This document shows positions 60,381 through 64,000 of a DNA stretch of 64,000 bases, piece by piece. Positions within the stretch are counted from its first letter, which is position 1. Every line of letters starts with the position of its first letter. The notes beneath the pieces are model-generated. The model was not told the DNA's origin, did no database searches, and worked only from the letters and a program-made list of their open reading frames with translations. The position numbers and the translations under genes are program-made. The DNA comes from Gracilinanus agilis (taxonomy: Eukaryota), in contig NC_058131.1 in the NCBI RefSeq assembly GCF_016433145.1, positions 604,607,714 through 604,671,713 of the forward strand. Reading direction: 5' to 3'.

Positions 60381-61619
60381 ATGGGAAGCTATGGGATAAA
60401 ACTGTAAAAATCTGCCTGACATAAAATTGCAGAAACTCTGAGCCTATATCAGGCATTTTGAAAGTTTGCATTTGGACTTAATTTCATTGTCTTCTGATTA
60501 AAAACAGTCTAATTCCTTCCAGAGAAAATGTTTACTTATCAGTAGTAACCCCATTATTTGCTTTTAATGGAAATGCTTCTTGATAGCACAGTGCAATATC
60601 ATTGAATGCAGCATCTCTTGACACTACTCCAATAGCAGCTGGTTTGTTTATTTGGTTGGGTTTTACCCTTGTGAATTCAGATGCTTATCCAGCTATTAAT
60701 CTTATTTACTTATAATATGAGACTCACATATAATTTCAATCATTGGAGCATGTAGAACAAAATAAACAACCCTCATCTTAATATGAAACTCAACAAAGTT
60801 CAGGAAAATAGCCTTGCCCCTCTGGAGAGGCTATGAGGATAGTGCCTCCCTAAGAATTTCAAGTATATCGGTCTGTGGGCATTTTTTGAGCTTGAATTCA
60901 CGTCACCAAATAGTGTGAATTCCAGAAGCCATCCTGGGCTAGGGATGGGAGTTATTACTGCATTTGCCTCTGTCCTATAGTAACTTTGCATATTCTTACT
61001 TTATTTAATACATGCTGGGATCCATCTTGGTTTACCACTTGTTGGGGGAAAAGGTCCATTGGGTAAGTGAAAAGCTTCAGGAGCCATTTTGCCTACTGCT
61101 AAAATGGAGGTTGACAAGGGTTCAGTAGGTTTTCCTTTAAAGTTCAGGGGTAGAAGCAGGTGAGACAGCTCCTCTTGCATTTTATCCCAACACTAGCTAC
61201 AGTTTACTTCCTATTTGTGCATGCAGGCCAAAATGGAAAGTTAGGGGGCAGGACACTAGTGCATGCCCCACTGTCTTGGGAGGTTTTTTACATTTGCCTG
61301 TTATCTTGTCATTGAATAAATGGCAAAAAGCAAAATGGAGACAAAGAGGAAACGAATGTGAACATAACTTTGCGCATATAGGAAAGGCATCATGGGAGGT
61401 AGTCTCGCATGGTAGATAAAGTCAGAAAATGTGGTCTCAAACCCCACCTCTGAGGCATACTTCGCGGGTGGCTTTGGGCAAGGTCACTTGGCCTGTCATT
61501 GCCTGATACAACTTTTTAGGACTATAAGTAACAAAGAAGCTATCAACCTACCCTAATAAAGGAAGTTATACCCTTGACATCCGAGGTTCTTTCCCTATCC
61601 CTACCTCTCTATATACTCT

Positions 61620-61625
61620 CCCTCC

Positions 61626-61694
<69 letters not shown>

Positions 61695-62125
61695 CTCTCT
61701 CTCTCTCTCTCTCNNNNNNNNNNNNNNNNNNNNNNNNNNNNNNNNNNNNNNNNNNNNNNNNNNNNNNNNNNNNNNNNNNNNNNNNNNNNNNNNNNNNNNN
61801 NNNNNNNNNNNNNNNNNNNNNNNNNNNNNNNNNNNNNNNNNNNNNNNNNNNNNNNNNNNNNNNNNNNNNNNNNNNNNNNNNNNNNNNNNNNNNNNNNNNN
61901 NNNNNNNNNNNNNNNNNNNNNNNNNNNNNNNNNNNNNNNNNNNNNNCACTCTCCTCCCCCCTCTGTCTCTCCCCACCCCGTCTCTCTTCCTCCCCTCTCT
62001 CCCCTCTCTTCCCCCTTCCTCTCTTCTTCCTCCCTCTCTTTCTCTCTCTCTTGCTCTCTCCCTCCTCCCCCCTCTCTCTCCCCCTCTGTCCCTCCCCATC
62101 CCTACTCTCTCTCCCTCCCTACCTC
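61620..62125. repeat. (CT)n microsatellite and CT-rich tract spanning an assembly gap (233 N, 61714-61946)
   Basis: Read directly from the sequence. Confidence 0.97.
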
Positions 62126-62194
62126 TCTGGGCACCAATTGGACCAAAGCTCTGATAGCCAAGCTAGCATGAAAATTGTCAACCATGAATAGCTT

Positions 62195-62250
62195 TCTTAT
62201 ATGCACACACACACACACACACACATACACACGAGCGCATGCACACACAA
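62195..62250. repeat. Imperfect (CA)n repeat
   Basis: Read directly from the sequence. Confidence 0.9.
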
Positions 62251-64000
62251 ACATACATCAATAAAGCAGAGTTGAACAGACATTCCAAATGCAACTGTTT
62301 TGTAGGTATTAAACATTCTGAAGAACCATCACTCTTTTTTTCACAATGTCTTATATTTTATAGAAAAAAGATGGGAAGCTATACAATCTCAAAGTGCTTC
62401 TGTTGATGAATAAATCGTACTCACAAGTACCACTGACACATGCATGATGTACATGTACAATGTGCATCCAAACTGACTGAGTTGACCAGTGATAACTGAA
62501 GAAATGTGGTCAGCTGTGGGAATGGTTGCCATGGTTCAGGTGATGAAGAACGCCATGGTCCACCAGCTCATACTCTCCCACCACCAATAATCTGCATGAT
62601 TATTCAGTAGCAAATGTCAGAGACTTCAAAAAATATTAGAAACAAAATCTAAAGGGAGATGAAGATGATTCCATTCTCTCCAGCTAAGAGTAATGCAGAA
62701 TTTTTCTCTGGTTCAGTAAACCAAGGATTTGAATTTCACATGACAACTGCCCAGGTACCATCTAGTAAGCAGTTAATTCAGGAAGTTAAAAAGAAAACAA
62801 AATTAATATTCACTAGACTCCTCTGGACAGCTTTTGTGGCTGGTAAAATTATACTTTGAAAGGAAAGATAACTTGACCTGTAGCATCTTTGATTAATGAA
62901 ATTGAAACTAGGTTTTTGTAACCTCAGTATATTTCTCAACCTTTCAAGAGTTAGCTCTGGACTCTTTATAGCCAAATTTCCCCTGTTAGTTCTAAGTCAG
63001 GCTGTGTTGACTTAAGCTCATAACTCTTCATAGTGAGGCCGCACAGCCAGTCCCATTTTGCTTGAATATGAGATTTCTGCAGAAACAGAGTACTATGCCA
63101 AGTGACCCATCCAATCCTTAAAGAACTAAATTTTTGTTGGAATAGATCCATGAAAGAGTTTGCCATTGCAACTAAGTCTAAAAAGAATAGCAAAGCCAAA
63201 TGTGAAGCTAAATAATGTGAATAACTATTTTCAGAAATCCAATGAGTTCTAAACAGCCTGAATAATATAAGGTACAAATGTCTTGGTGAATTATTTAACC
63301 AAGAGTGAAATAATAAGCTATTTACATTAAATGGGCCTTTGGGATCTAAGATGTGTGTGTAGGTGGGGTAGGAGGTTAAGACCTCTCTATAGATTCTAAA
63401 TTTTTTAATGTAATCTTACATTTTTTATATAACTCTTAGGAAGTTTCTGGTCTTTTTTGAAAGCACCATTTTTTGCCCTATGCTTACTGAGTTTGTAATT
63501 CCAAGTGAGTGATCATAGAGAGGCAACAAGACAGTAGATAAAGACTTGGTCTAGGAATCTGGAGGACTTGGATTTAAGTCCTAACTGATGCTTATTGGCT
63601 TTGTGATCCTAGAAGACAAGTCACAACTCCTCAGGATTCCCAGGCCACTATCTAGGACTCTTAAGTTACAGGGCAAGGACTGATCCCCACCGGAGGTTCC
63701 GTATGCCAATAAAAGGACAATTCTACTTAAAAAAAAAAAAAAAAAAAGTGAGCAGTAACCCCTGCCCACCATATCTCTGTTTTGTAGTGCACTGCCACTG
63801 CTACTCCACACGGTGACCTCATCCAATTAGGTATAACCAGATGGGATCTCTGAGGGTGAGCCTCAGACCTGTGAGCCTTTTAAGAAAGCATTTTTTAAAA
63901 ATCTCCTTGCCATTAGTGGTCATCAGCAGGATGCCTGAATCAGCTGAATCTCTTGAAAGGGAAACTGTCAGCAAGGGTAAAGTTGCAGTGATTGATCCCA

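Noticed and set aside
59683-64000. Search for ARNT2 exons 18-19, and for exon 8 in 1-4778
   Set aside because: No matching coding sequence seen; they presumably lie outside the window.
1-64000. CRISPR arrays, tRNA/rRNA genes or prokaryote-type systems
   Set aside because: None seen. The tRNA-like A/B boxes all belong to SINE heads, and recurring motifs are dispersed retroposon cores rather than repeat-spacer arrays.

Overview
Marsupial genomic DNA, probably a didelphid opossum such as Monodelphis domestica (inferred from the SINE1_Mdo/MAR1-like repeat content and strong CpG depletion). The window covers the middle and 3' part of ARNT2 (bHLH-PAS transcription factor) on the + strand. Eight coding exons are readable with canonical AG/GT ends and consistent phases; they correspond to exons 9-13 and 15-17 in human numbering, recalled from memory. 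The expected 124-nt exon 14 is absent from the sequenced bases and most likely lies in the 557-nt N gap. The rest is intron filled with transposons: SINE1_Mdo-like, MAR1, MIR/MIR3, L2, CR1/L3, L1 and hAT elements, plus simple repeats and three assembly gaps. No second gene, RNA gene or CRISPR-like system is supportable. The best leads are: two hAT (OposCharlie/OC1-like) MITEs with perfect 8-bp TSDs, one inserted in an L1; a CR1 reverse-transcriptase fossil just upstream of exon 9; a SINE nested in opposite orientation inside another SINE, forming a long hairpin; and several candidate splicing-control elements. Repeat family names are recognised from memory and repeat boundaries are approximate unless TSDs are given.
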